Below are positions 8,498-17,187 of a stretch of DNA of 64,000 nt, piece by piece. Position 1 is the first letter of the stretch; every line of letters begins with the position of its first letter. A program made the position numbers and the translations under genes. Below the pieces are notes generated by a model. It did no database searches, was not told the origin of the DNA, and saw only the letters and a list, made by a program, of their open reading frames with translations. Origin of the DNA: an uncultured Candidatus Saccharimonas sp. (GTDB taxonomy: Bacteria > Patescibacteriota > Saccharimonadia > Saccharimonadales > Saccharimonadaceae); contig CAZEME010000001.1 of assembly GCA_964513425.1 (NCBI GenBank), positions 3,062 to 67,061 on the forward strand, given 5' to 3'.

Positions 8498-9898
8498 ATG
8501 GACAATAATCAAAAAGAAGATAACCAACTTAGCCAAAGAAATATATTAAAAGAATGCTTCACATTATTTGGTAACTCCTATTATGATTCTTTTATCCCTG
8601 GGATAACTGACCTTGTAAAACTTTCCAGGGACCGTCAATATTATAAGAATCCGGCAAAACATTTTGGCCTACAAATAGGGTTAATGGATGCTATTATAAA
8701 GATGGACGAAACCGTTTCCTTAGGCAAACAAGAAGCAAGAAAAAATAACAATAGCGAAGATATAATAATTCAACGAAGACGCAATAGAGTAATTTCATTA
8801 GCATATCGACAAATTTGTGATGGAATTGCTTGGCGCAGTGTTGGCTATTCAAGATTTTATATTCGCATAATGTCTCAGGCACGATCACCTGGATCTGCTC
8901 ATGGAAAAGAAATTGGTCGAAAAAAAGAGATGATTTATGCAACAAATGTCGTACGTAATGGAAGCTATGTTTTAATACACGATGCAACAAATATACTTAG
9001 GGTTGGCGACCTGAGCGCACTAAAAAACATACCTGGAGTACCTTATCTGTCAGAGATAAAAAATAAGAAAGGTATTGCTACACCAAAAGACATAGACGAA
9101 AGATTAGAAAATGGCACATCTACAACTAAACAGGAAGATAGATTATGGCAGGCACAAATAATGCTTAGTTCTAAGAAATGGTATATGAAAGATGTGATTA
9201 TACCTGTTACAAGATTAGTGGCCAAGAAGAAGGATTTCTTAGTAAGTGCCGGCGCTGTCTTGAAACAAGCTGTGAATAAAGGCGTTTACGGAAAAATGTT
9301 AAGCAATTATATGTACATGGAGGCATTTGATATACGTAAAATACTAAATAGTTTTAGTGATACTATATCTTTTCAAAAACTATTAAATACTCTGCCAAGC
9401 CCTCAAAAAGAATTACTTTCAATTCATTCAAACTATGATACCATTGAGGCTCTTTTAGATAATGAGGTGATGCGTTCCGTCCCGCCATACACTATATTCC
9501 CTTTCTCAGCTGAAGTGGTGGCTAAGCTTATTACTGGGCAGCTTGTTTTTAGGACTATGATCTTAAAAAAAGAATTAGAAAATGAATTTCTAAAGTTTGG
9601 CTATGAGTTGATTATTGATGAAAAAGCGCTTGAAGAAGTATCCCAAGACGAAGATAGTGTGGTCTTTTTGTCCAGTAGAGTGCTATTTCCAGATAAAGAT
9701 CCTGACTCGTTTGTGCATATTAGGCACAATAATAGTGGCTTTATGTACCCTATGCAAATGTTCTTTGCTACGATTGCATATGAATTTTTAAGTGTTGAAT
9801 ATATTATTTCGATAGCTGAAGCTGTAAGGGCGACAGCAAAACCAGGCGAAGTAGGAATGTTTTACCCAGAAATAGAAGACAGCTATCGCTGGCTATAA
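8498..9898 (+). CDS. hypothetical protein with a PD-(D/E)xK-like nuclease motif
   Basis: 466-aa ORF starting 9 nt after the recombinase stop. The candidate motif is VLIHD..LRVGD171L-x14-E186-I-K188. I recognise no other family. Confidence 0.55.
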   Translation: MDNNQKEDNQLSQRNILKECFTLFGNSYYDSFIPGITDLVKLSRDRQYYKNPAKHFGLQIGLMDAIIKMDETVSLGKQEARKNNNSEDIIIQRRRNRVISLAYRQICDGIAWRSVGYSRFYIRIMSQARSPGSAHGKEIGRKKEMIYATNVVRNGSYVLIHDATNILRVGDLSALKNIPGVPYLSEIKNKKGIATPKDIDERLENGTSTTKQEDRLWQAQIMLSSKKWYMKDVIIPVTRLVAKKKDFLVSAGAVLKQAVNKGVYGKMLSNYMYMEAFDIRKILNSFSDTISFQKLLNTLPSPQKELLSIHSNYDTIEALLDNEVMRSVPPYTIFPFSAEVVAKLITGQLVFRTMILKKELENEFLKFGYELIIDEKALEEVSQDEDSVVFLSSRVLFPDKDPDSFVHIRHNNSGFMYPMQMFFATIAYEFLSVEYIISIAEAVRATAKPGEVGMFYPEIEDSYRWL

Positions 9899-9972
9899 TA
9901 CATAATATTAATCATGGATTGATTAGCTATGAAAACGTATTATTGAATTTTCTTATGAACTACAAGAAAAAA

Positions 9973-9994
9973 CCGACCCAAAAGGTCGGTTTTT
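9973..9994. terminator. intrinsic terminator hairpin
   Basis: ccgacc-caaaa-ggtcgg followed by ttttt and preceded by an A-run. It lies between the 466-aa ORF and tRNA-Gln. Confidence 0.6.
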
Positions 9995-10066
9995 CTACTT
10001 CCTAGCGTTATGTCCAATAGATTACAAATGTATATTACAACATAAGGTCTTGTTTGATACAATGCT

Positions 10067-10141
10067 TGGCTGGGGATGAGGGATTCGAACCCCCGAATGC
10101 CAGGACCAGAACCTGGTGCCTTACCGCTTGGCCAATCCCCA
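10067..10141 (-). tRNA. tRNA-Gln (anticodon CUG), CCA encoded
   Basis: The reverse complement folds as a cloverleaf. The acceptor is UGGGGAU/AUCCCCA, the anticodon loop is UU-CUG-GU and the T-loop is GGGGGUUCGAAUCCCUC. It is very similar to the E. coli tRNA-Gln scaffold. Confidence 0.93.
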
Positions 10142-10171
10142 GTATGGTGTGATTATAGCTTAAATCTGTGT

Positions 10172-10894
10172 CTATTTCAATTTATAGTATTTGTCTTTTT
10201 GCTCTCTTGTTAATTTTTCACAGGCGTAGCGGAGCATAGTGCGTGGCATAGTGCCGGCGTATTGGTCTAGAAAACTAGTTAATATTTTTTCATCAACTCT
10301 TTTACCAGCTTCTCTGAGCATCCAACCAACTGCTTTATGGATTAGGTCGTGCCTGTCGTTTAGAAGTATCTTGGCGATAGTAATAGTTGTGCTAGCATCA
10401 CCTTCCATAATGAAAGCTAGGGTGCTTATCATGGCGACTCGTTTTTTCCATAAGTTATCGCTATTGGCAAGATTAATTAGGTCTGAGCGTTCACGATTTA
10501 GATAATACTGACCAACAATATAGCCGCAAGTGACATCAATTAAATCCCAGTTGTTTATCTTTTCTTCATTCAGAGCCTTAATATATAGGCCGTAGATAGT
10601 TTGTTGATCTTTTGGGCTAGATTTTTGATAGCGGTTAGATAAAATAATTAATCCAGCCATGCGATGTTCATGGATAGGGCTGTAGATTAGTTTCTTGGTT
10701 TCAGTGATTGGTAGGTCTTTGAACTCTTTGCATAATCGCCTAGTGTCTGGGACTTTAACGCCAATAAACTCATCCCCTTCACCATATTCACCCTTTCCAG
10801 TTTTAAAAAAGCGCTGGAGATTTTTGGCGTTTTCACTGCTGGCATATATAGCTAGATTGGTTTTGAATTGTTTGGCGGTTAGATTATTTGGCAT
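10172..10894 (-). CDS. DNA alkylation repair protein (AlkD/AlkC-like HEAT-repeat glycosylase family)
   Basis: 240 aa. NLQRFFKTGKGEYGEGDEFIGVKVP and the later WMLRE motif are typical of the DNA alkylation repair enzyme family. Confidence 0.75.
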   Translation of the reverse strand: MPNNLTAKQFKTNLAIYASSENAKNLQRFFKTGKGEYGEGDEFIGVKVPDTRRLCKEFKDLPITETKKLIYSPIHEHRMAGLIILSNRYQKSSPKDQQTIYGLYIKALNEEKINNWDLIDVTCGYIVGQYYLNRERSDLINLANSDNLWKKRVAMISTLAFIMEGDASTTITIAKILLNDRHDLIHKAVGWMLREAGKRVDEKILTSFLDQYAGTMPRTMLRYACEKLTREQKDKYYKLK

Positions 10895-10900
10895 GTAGAT

Positions 10901-12142
10901 TTATTGGCGGCAAAGTTTAGCCGTATCTTTTTTATCTAATAATATATTAGCAATAATTTTTTCAATGGTTTGTGAACCAGAGGCTTTGAAGACCAATAGC
11001 TCCTCGCCTGTTAGATTGTTTTTAATGAAGTGTTGGGCATCGATAGCTTTAAAAAATCCAATTACTTGGCAATCTTTAGATTTTTTAGTTTTTAGTTTTT
11101 CCGAGATTCTTTGGTTTAATTTTGGACCAACTAGGATGATTTTTTTGAAGCCAGACTTTATTAATAAATCAGCTATTTTGTTGTATTCTTCAGATTCTTT
11201 TTCACCTAATTCCATTAAATCACCCAAGATTAACCATTTTTTGTCACTTTTTATACAGTTAATGATATTTAAAATGGCTGAGACCGATTCGTGGTTGGCG
11301 TTATAGCTGCTGTCAATTATAGTGGTTTTCTTTATACCTTTGAAAACTGAGCTACGTCCTGGTGGCATGATTAATTTTGAAAAATTATAGTCGAATTTTA
11401 AAGCTAGCTTTTTGACGATTTCAATCGTGGCAGTAATCGAGTAGAAAGTCTCGGTTGGTAGCAAGAATGGTAGTTTGTATATTTGGTTATCAATCTTAAA
11501 ATTAGTTCCCTTGAGGTCAACCTGGTAATCTTGTAACTGGCTGATTTGACTGGCCTTAATGACTTTAGCTGTAGTTCGTCTTAACTGTTTATCTATTAGA
11601 GGGTTATCACTATTAATAATCACTAGTTCAGAAGTGTTCTCTATATGGTGGCCATATTCATAGGCAATGGCTTCTTCAACAGTTTGGAACTTACCATTTT
11701 TGACTAATCTATCAAAGTTGTAGCTATGAGTCCGAGCACTACTTAGCCAAATAGTTATAGTAGGTTTTAGTAGCTTGGCTAGAAAAGCCCCTTCATGAGG
11801 CCTGTCGCAATCGGCTTCAGCCACATAGATAGATTGCTTAAAAGGTTTTTTGAAAGCTTTTAATGGAGCTAGGCTGAAAAGCTTTAGCCATTCTAACTTA
11901 GAGAATTTAATTCGGTTGATACCTAGGATGTCAAAAGGAATACCAAAGGCACTATTGGCAAAATGGGAATATCTAGCTTTTTGTTGAAGCTGAGACTCCA
12001 GTAAATGTAAGGTAGTAGTTTTACCGTTTGAGCCAGTTACAACAATTACCATAGGATGCCATAGTTTTAGTTGGATGGCAGCAAAAAATCGAAAGTAACA
12101 GGCTACTATAAAGTATAGATTTCTTTTAACTTTTTTTAACAA
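10901..12142 (-). CDS. Mur ligase family protein (MurF-like, short N terminus)
   Basis: 413 aa. It has the P-loop VVTGSNGKTTT and Mur ligase middle and C-terminal domain features (DSSYNAN). Confidence 0.65.
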   Translation of the reverse strand: MLKKVKRNLYFIVACYFRFFAAIQLKLWHPMVIVVTGSNGKTTTLHLLESQLQQKARYSHFANSAFGIPFDILGINRIKFSKLEWLKLFSLAPLKAFKKPFKQSIYVAEADCDRPHEGAFLAKLLKPTITIWLSSARTHSYNFDRLVKNGKFQTVEEAIAYEYGHHIENTSELVIINSDNPLIDKQLRRTTAKVIKASQISQLQDYQVDLKGTNFKIDNQIYKLPFLLPTETFYSITATIEIVKKLALKFDYNFSKLIMPPGRSSVFKGIKKTTIIDSSYNANHESVSAILNIINCIKSDKKWLILGDLMELGEKESEEYNKIADLLIKSGFKKIILVGPKLNQRISEKLKTKKSKDCQVIGFFKAIDAQHFIKNNLTGEELLVFKASGSQTIEKIIANILLDKKDTAKLCRQ

Positions 12143-12276
12143 AATTACTCCTTAAAACCAAATGGTAAAATAATAGACAGTCACTTAGCTTGTAACTAAA
12201 TTATACAGTAATAACAGTTATAATAAAATATTTAAATCGCTATCGCTTTAATTATTAGTAGTGCTATAGTTTAGTT

Positions 12277-13041
12277 ATGAGTAAAAAAATATCTATCAAG
12301 TGGTTACGTAATATTAACTTAATTGCCGCTGGGTTACACCTAGCTCAGGCTATAACTGTATTAATCTTAAGCAAGACTTTTAACTTGCAGATAACTGGTA
12401 ATTATCTCGCTTTTAATCCAGCCACCCAGAGCCTAGAACCAGTTACAAAATATCTATTTGATCTGTCTTTGCCGATGTTGATTGCTATCTTCCTATTTAT
12501 CTGTGCTACTGCCCATCTTATTATTGGCACAGTTTATAACAAAAAATATAATGCCGACCTTAAACTTGGTATGAACCGAGCTCGTTGGATTGAATATTCC
12601 ATGTCGGCTAGCGTGATGATGTTAGCTATTGCCCTACTGGTCGGTTTGACTGACCTAATGGGACTATTCATGCTATTCATTCTGAGTGGAGTTATGAATC
12701 TAATGGGCCTAGTAATGGAGGTTCATAACCAGACTACTAAAAAGACTAATTGGCTAAGTTATTGGATTGGTTGTCTAGCCGGTATCGTACCTTGGATAGT
12801 AGTAGCTTTCTATATGTGGCTCGGTGCTGATAATGGAGCTAAGGCACCAAACTTTGTTTATTGGATCTATGTCTCTATCTTTATATTCTTCAACTGTTTT
12901 GCTGTTAATATGATTTTGCAATACAAAAAGATTGGTCCTTGGAAAGATTATCTATTCGGTGAAAGAGTTTATATTATCTTGAGCCTAGTAGCCAAATCAC
13001 TACTAGCTTGGCAGGTTTTTGCTGGCACACTTCGTCCTTAA
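12277..13041 (+). CDS. heliorhodopsin
   Basis: 254 aa with 7 TM segments. Blocks align to heliorhodopsin 48C12: RWIEYSMSASVM, YWIGCLAGIVPW and GERVYIILSLVAKSLLAWQVFAGTL. The Schiff-base Lys (K240), counterion Glu (E106), H21 and H80 are present. Confidence 0.85.
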   Translation: MSKKISIKWLRNINLIAAGLHLAQAITVLILSKTFNLQITGNYLAFNPATQSLEPVTKYLFDLSLPMLIAIFLFICATAHLIIGTVYNKKYNADLKLGMNRARWIEYSMSASVMMLAIALLVGLTDLMGLFMLFILSGVMNLMGLVMEVHNQTTKKTNWLSYWIGCLAGIVPWIVVAFYMWLGADNGAKAPNFVYWIYVSIFIFFNCFAVNMILQYKKIGPWKDYLFGERVYIILSLVAKSLLAWQVFAGTLRP

Positions 13042-13076
13042 TCTTATACATATAAGATACCATAGTTAATCAATGT

Positions 13077-13107
13077 CACCGCTAGATAAAATCTAGCGGT
13101 GTTTCTT
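13077..13107 (+). terminator. intrinsic terminator after heliorhodopsin
   Basis: caccgctaga-taaaa-tctagcggtg (10-bp stem) followed by tttctt. Confidence 0.7.
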
Positions 13108-13470
13108 AGCATTAGCTTTTAGTAAAAACTACAATGTTTTCCTATTGACCGGCTTTAGTTGAGGCGATGTATACTATATATAGTCATGTAGGTACTGGGC
13201 AACCTTTCCACTTACAAGCTTAAATCTAAAAGCCACCATCAGTCGTCGTCGCATTGTCTTTTTTGACAATTCACCGACAACGTTAAATATATTGCTAATC
13301 TAATTAGCAAACAATAGTCATCTAGTTCTCTTTTATAGAGAAAACAGAATAATTAATAACGGTTAGTTATTCCAATCTAGATTGCTTGTGTAAAAAGCCG
13401 TTAACTGGAAAATTATTAATATTTTAACCAGTTTGTTCTAAATATATTTAACTTGTTGGAGGAAATCGTT

Positions 13471-13722
13471 ATGACAAAGACTAATATTAATCAGACAGTT
13501 CATATTACGGCTTTAGGTTTTAAAAAGAACTTAATCACCTACCCTCGTCGTATGGAGTACCAGGGAAAGACTTATAATTTTATTGATGCTGGTTTAAGAT
13601 GTTTGTTTAAATGTGGCGAACATATTGCGGAGTTTTTTACCTTATCTGACGGCCAAGCTTATTACCATTTAAGGCTTGATCGAACTAAGAATGATTGGAC
13701 ATTAATATCGATTAGCGCTTAG
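13471..13722 (+). CDS. hypothetical small protein (83 aa)
   Basis: ATG at 13471 lies 8 nt after GGAGG. The track ORF begins at an upstream TTG (13453). I recognise no family. Confidence 0.55.
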   Translation: MTKTNINQTVHITALGFKKNLITYPRRMEYQGKTYNFIDAGLRCLFKCGEHIAEFFTLSDGQAYYHLRLDRTKNDWTLISISA

Positions 13723-13762
13723 CTAGCTATTTAAGCTTAAAAAAATTATAATTAGACTAAGT

Positions 13763-16090
13763 ATGAAAGATTTTATAGTCATTTTAAAAAGAAATTTCTT
13801 ATCGCCGATAGTTATCGCTATTTTTGTTCTGTCAGTTATATTATTAATACTTGGTGAATTTAGGGATGCTTGGTTTATATCTTCGGTTATTATGATTAAT
13901 ACTATTTTAGGTATTATTCAGGAAACTAGGGCAAGGAATAAACTAAGAAAATTAGAGCTTATGAATCTACCTCATGCTAGGAGATTAAAATCTGATGGGT
14001 CTTTTGAGAATATTTTATTTAATGAGCTAAGGGCTGGCAACAAGGTTGGCCTGGAGATCGGCGAAGAGGTGCCAGCCGACGGTATAATTATTGAGTCATC
14101 TGGCTTAGAGGTTAATGAGAGTATTTTGACTGGTGAATCGAACCCTATTAAGAAAAATAAATCAGCCAAGGTTTTAGCTGTTAGTGCAGTGGTGGCTGGT
14201 AGTGGCTTAATGTTAGTCAAGGCAGTTGGTGATAAAACAATGGCTGGTAAAATGTCTTCCTCTTTAAAACGTTATGAGCCAGAAACAACTCCTATCCAAA
14301 GATCGATTGCCAGGGCTATCACCTATTTGACTTATGGGGCGCTTGGACTAGCTGTTTTGATATTAGTGGTTTATTTCTTGTCTGGTCAGGACGCTGTCAA
14401 AATATTCAAAACAATTGCTGCTGGAGCTATAACGGTTGTGCCAGAGGGTCTACTGTTTGCTAGTACGATTCTACTGGCTTATGGTTCAATTAGACTAGCT
14501 CAGGTCAAGGTTTTGCCCCAAAAGCTGTCAGCCATTGAAGCCATGGCATTACTAGAGATTTTATGTGTTGATAAAACTGGTACTTTGACTAGCGATGAGG
14601 TCAAATTTAATGGCGTTGAATCTTTTGACAAGACTAATAAATTACCAGTTAAAGAATTGATGGCCATTATTGCTAAGGAAACTAGTGGTGGTAGTAAGAC
14701 TGGTGTAGCCATCGCTAATGGTTTAACTTTGCCAAAAGAATATGAAATAGTCGAGAACCTAGCTTTTTCTTCGGCCAGGAAATATAGCGGTGTTAGAGTC
14801 AAGCTAAATAAAAAACTTTATAGTGTTATTATGGGGGCGCCAGAATATCTTTTAAAATATACTGAGCTTGATGATTACCAGTCTAGACGTCTTAAGGATT
14901 TAACCAGTAATGGTAATCGTGTTTTGATGGCCGTGATGTTTGACGATAACCAAATGCCGTTAGCTAGCTTGAAACAAGCTAAAGTCCAGTCAATTGGCTT
15001 GGCGGTCTTAAGTAATGAATTAAGAGACGGTGTTAAGAAAACAGTTAGATATCTGCAGACTAATGAGGTTGAGATTAAGGTTATCAGCGGGGATAATCTA
15101 GAAACAGTCCAATATATTACTAAACAAGCTGGTATCAAGAATGCTGATAAGGCTTTAACTGGAGCTGAACTAGAGGAATTATCGGCTGAGGATTGGGATA
15201 GCGTAGTATCCAGTACGACCGTTTTTGCTAGGATTTTACCTGAACAAAAGCAACTTTTGATTGAAACGTTTAGTCGTCTAGGCAAATTTAGCGGTATGGT
15301 TGGTGATGGGATTAACGATGCTTTGGCTATCAAGAAAGCAGATTTTGGGGTAGCTATGTACGCTGGAGCGGCAGCTACTCGTCGAGTAGCTGATGTCGTT
15401 TTGCTAGATAATTCCTTTAATTCTTTGCCAGTTGGCATGAGACTTGGGAATAGAATTATGCAAGCTATTGAATTAATCGCTACTTTGTTCTTCCATAAGA
15501 TTAGTTATATGGTCGTTTTGTTATTATCTACTTTGGTCCTAGGTATTCCCTATCCATTTGAGCCTAGACATATTACCTTTATGAACATGTTCTTAGTTAG
15601 TATGCCGACCTTGATGTGGACTATATTTACACCACTGCCGGCCCATCGCTTATCTCCAAAATATTTCTGGAAGGATACCCTACTGGCTGTAGCACCAATT
15701 GCTGCTATGACTGGCTTAATAGTTACTCTGTCTTATATATTCTTGGATCTAATCCACCCAGGTGATGCTAGTGGAGTGGCTACTACGACAGTTATTATTG
15801 CTACTTTCTTTGGTATATATCTAGTGTTCTTGGTTTCTAAGATGTTTAATATTAGGAATAATCGTAGTGCTAAGTTGGCTAGGTTGCTTTATATCTTGGC
15901 TGTCATCTTTGTCTTATCAATTAGCTTTGGTTTTGGTTTCTCTCGTGATTTCTTCGACTTTACTACCCCAGCTTGGCGCAATTCTTTACCATTACTAATG
16001 TTAATAGTCTGTGTCAGTATTTTTCAGTGGAAAATTGCTGCTATGGCTGGAGACAGAATTAGCCGGCGACATGGTAGTCAAAAGAATTAG
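13763..16090 (+). CDS. cation-translocating P-type ATPase (E1-E2 family)
   Basis: 775 aa. It has the TGES motif (ILTGESNP), the phosphorylation site CVDKTGTLT, the hinge MVGDGINDALAIKKADFGVAM and multiple TM helices. Confidence 0.9.
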   Translation: MKDFIVILKRNFLSPIVIAIFVLSVILLILGEFRDAWFISSVIMINTILGIIQETRARNKLRKLELMNLPHARRLKSDGSFENILFNELRAGNKVGLEIGEEVPADGIIIESSGLEVNESILTGESNPIKKNKSAKVLAVSAVVAGSGLMLVKAVGDKTMAGKMSSSLKRYEPETTPIQRSIARAITYLTYGALGLAVLILVVYFLSGQDAVKIFKTIAAGAITVVPEGLLFASTILLAYGSIRLAQVKVLPQKLSAIEAMALLEILCVDKTGTLTSDEVKFNGVESFDKTNKLPVKELMAIIAKETSGGSKTGVAIANGLTLPKEYEIVENLAFSSARKYSGVRVKLNKKLYSVIMGAPEYLLKYTELDDYQSRRLKDLTSNGNRVLMAVMFDDNQMPLASLKQAKVQSIGLAVLSNELRDGVKKTVRYLQTNEVEIKVISGDNLETVQYITKQAGIKNADKALTGAELEELSAEDWDSVVSSTTVFARILPEQKQLLIETFSRLGKFSGMVGDGINDALAIKKADFGVAMYAGAAATRRVADVVLLDNSFNSLPVGMRLGNRIMQAIELIATLFFHKISYMVVLLLSTLVLGIPYPFEPRHITFMNMFLVSMPTLMWTIFTPLPAHRLSPKYFWKDTLLAVAPIAAMTGLIVTLSYIFLDLIHPGDASGVATTTVIIATFFGIYLVFLVSKMFNIRNNRSAKLARLLYILAVIFVLSISFGFGFSRDFFDFTTPAWRNSLPLLMLIVCVSIFQWKIAAMAGDRISRRHGSQKN

Positions 16091-16104
16091 TGTATAATAA
16101 GATT

Positions 16105-17181
16105 ATGAAAGTAAGAATAGAGATAGACACAAAGACATTCGTGCGGTTTTGGTTAGTAGTAATCGGTTTCATAGCAGCGGCTTTTATAATATATAGCGCC
16201 AGGGTGGCTTTAGTAATAATAGGTTTAGCAGCTTTCTTTGCTATTGCTTTGAGCTTGCCGGTTAATAGGATCGTTAATAAGCTACCGAGCAAGAGTCGTT
16301 TACTTAGTACAGCTTTAGCTTACATGGTTGTAGTGATGGCTTTAGTTGCTTTTATATCACTAGCGGTTCCGCCTATTATTCAGCAAACAGCTAAATTAGC
16401 TAGCACGGTCCCATCTCTAGTCGATACAGCAGCTAACCAGTATTCTGGCATTAATGCTTTTGTTGAGAAAAATAATTTAGAAGAGCCTTTTGAAGATGTC
16501 ATTACGGCTGTTAAAAATAGTTCAACTAGATTTGCACAAGATTTAGGGACTAATCTAATAGGTGGCATAGGATCAATCTTTTCAGTCTTACTGGCTGGCG
16601 TAATGGTTTTCTTTCTAGCTTTCTTTATGCTAGTAGAAGGTCCGGTTTGGTTGAATTATTTTTGGGGGCTTTTTAAAGATAAAAACAAAATGTCAGCTAC
16701 AAAAGGCATTGTTGAAAAGATGTATAGGGTGGTAACTAAATATTTTGCAGGTCAGGCTACGGTAGCTTTAATAGCGGCTATAGTGTCATCGTCAATGGTC
16801 ACTGTTTTTAGTTTTATATTTAATATACCTTTAAATCTTGCTATACCAACAGCTGCTATCATGTTCGTTTTATCTCTAATACCAATGTTTGGTTCAGGAA
16901 TTGGTTTAGCCATTATTACTATTGTCTTGGCTCTTAATAATTTGCAAGCGGCTATTATATACTTTTGTCTTTATATAGTTTACCAACAAATTGAGGGTAA
17001 TTTTATATCACCGAAGATTCAAGCTAAGAAGATTGATCTATCGGCTTTAGCTATCCTAATATCTATAATAGTTGGTATCTATTTGTTTGGTTTAATCGGT
17101 GGTATAATTTCTATCCCTATAGCCGGTTGTCTGAAGATTTTATTTGATTTTTATACTAATCGTTCAAAAGAATCTGTTTAA
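16105..17181 (+). CDS. AI-2E family transporter (PerM/UPF0118)
   Basis: Polytopic membrane protein with the C-terminal consensus YQQIEGNFISPKI typical of the AI-2E family. The ORF is also open from GTG at 16090. Confidence 0.78.
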   Translation: MKVRIEIDTKTFVRFWLVVIGFIAAAFIIYSARVALVIIGLAAFFAIALSLPVNRIVNKLPSKSRLLSTALAYMVVVMALVAFISLAVPPIIQQTAKLASTVPSLVDTAANQYSGINAFVEKNNLEEPFEDVITAVKNSSTRFAQDLGTNLIGGIGSIFSVLLAGVMVFFLAFFMLVEGPVWLNYFWGLFKDKNKMSATKGIVEKMYRVVTKYFAGQATVALIAAIVSSSMVTVFSFIFNIPLNLAIPTAAIMFVLSLIPMFGSGIGLAIITIVLALNNLQAAIIYFCLYIVYQQIEGNFISPKIQAKKIDLSALAILISIIVGIYLFGLIGGIISIPIAGCLKILFDFYTNRSKESV

Positions 17182-17187
17182 AAGTGT

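Larger units (their letters stand above)
1..10066. mobile_element. putative integrated element / defence island (left end outside window) abutting the 3' end of tRNA-Gln
   Basis: Holds a terminase fragment, a Type I R-M operon with embedded accessory genes, a large serine recombinase and an orphan nuclease-like gene. It ends next to the 3' end of tRNA-Gln (10067). No att repeats can be defined because only one end is in the window. Confidence 0.4.

Noticed and set aside
14875-15438. 187-aa minus-strand ORF inside the P-type ATPase gene
   Set aside because: It is antisense to a gene with all P-type ATPase motifs. Its composition is typical of a reverse-frame artefact. The same applies to 13972-14220 and 14500-14802.
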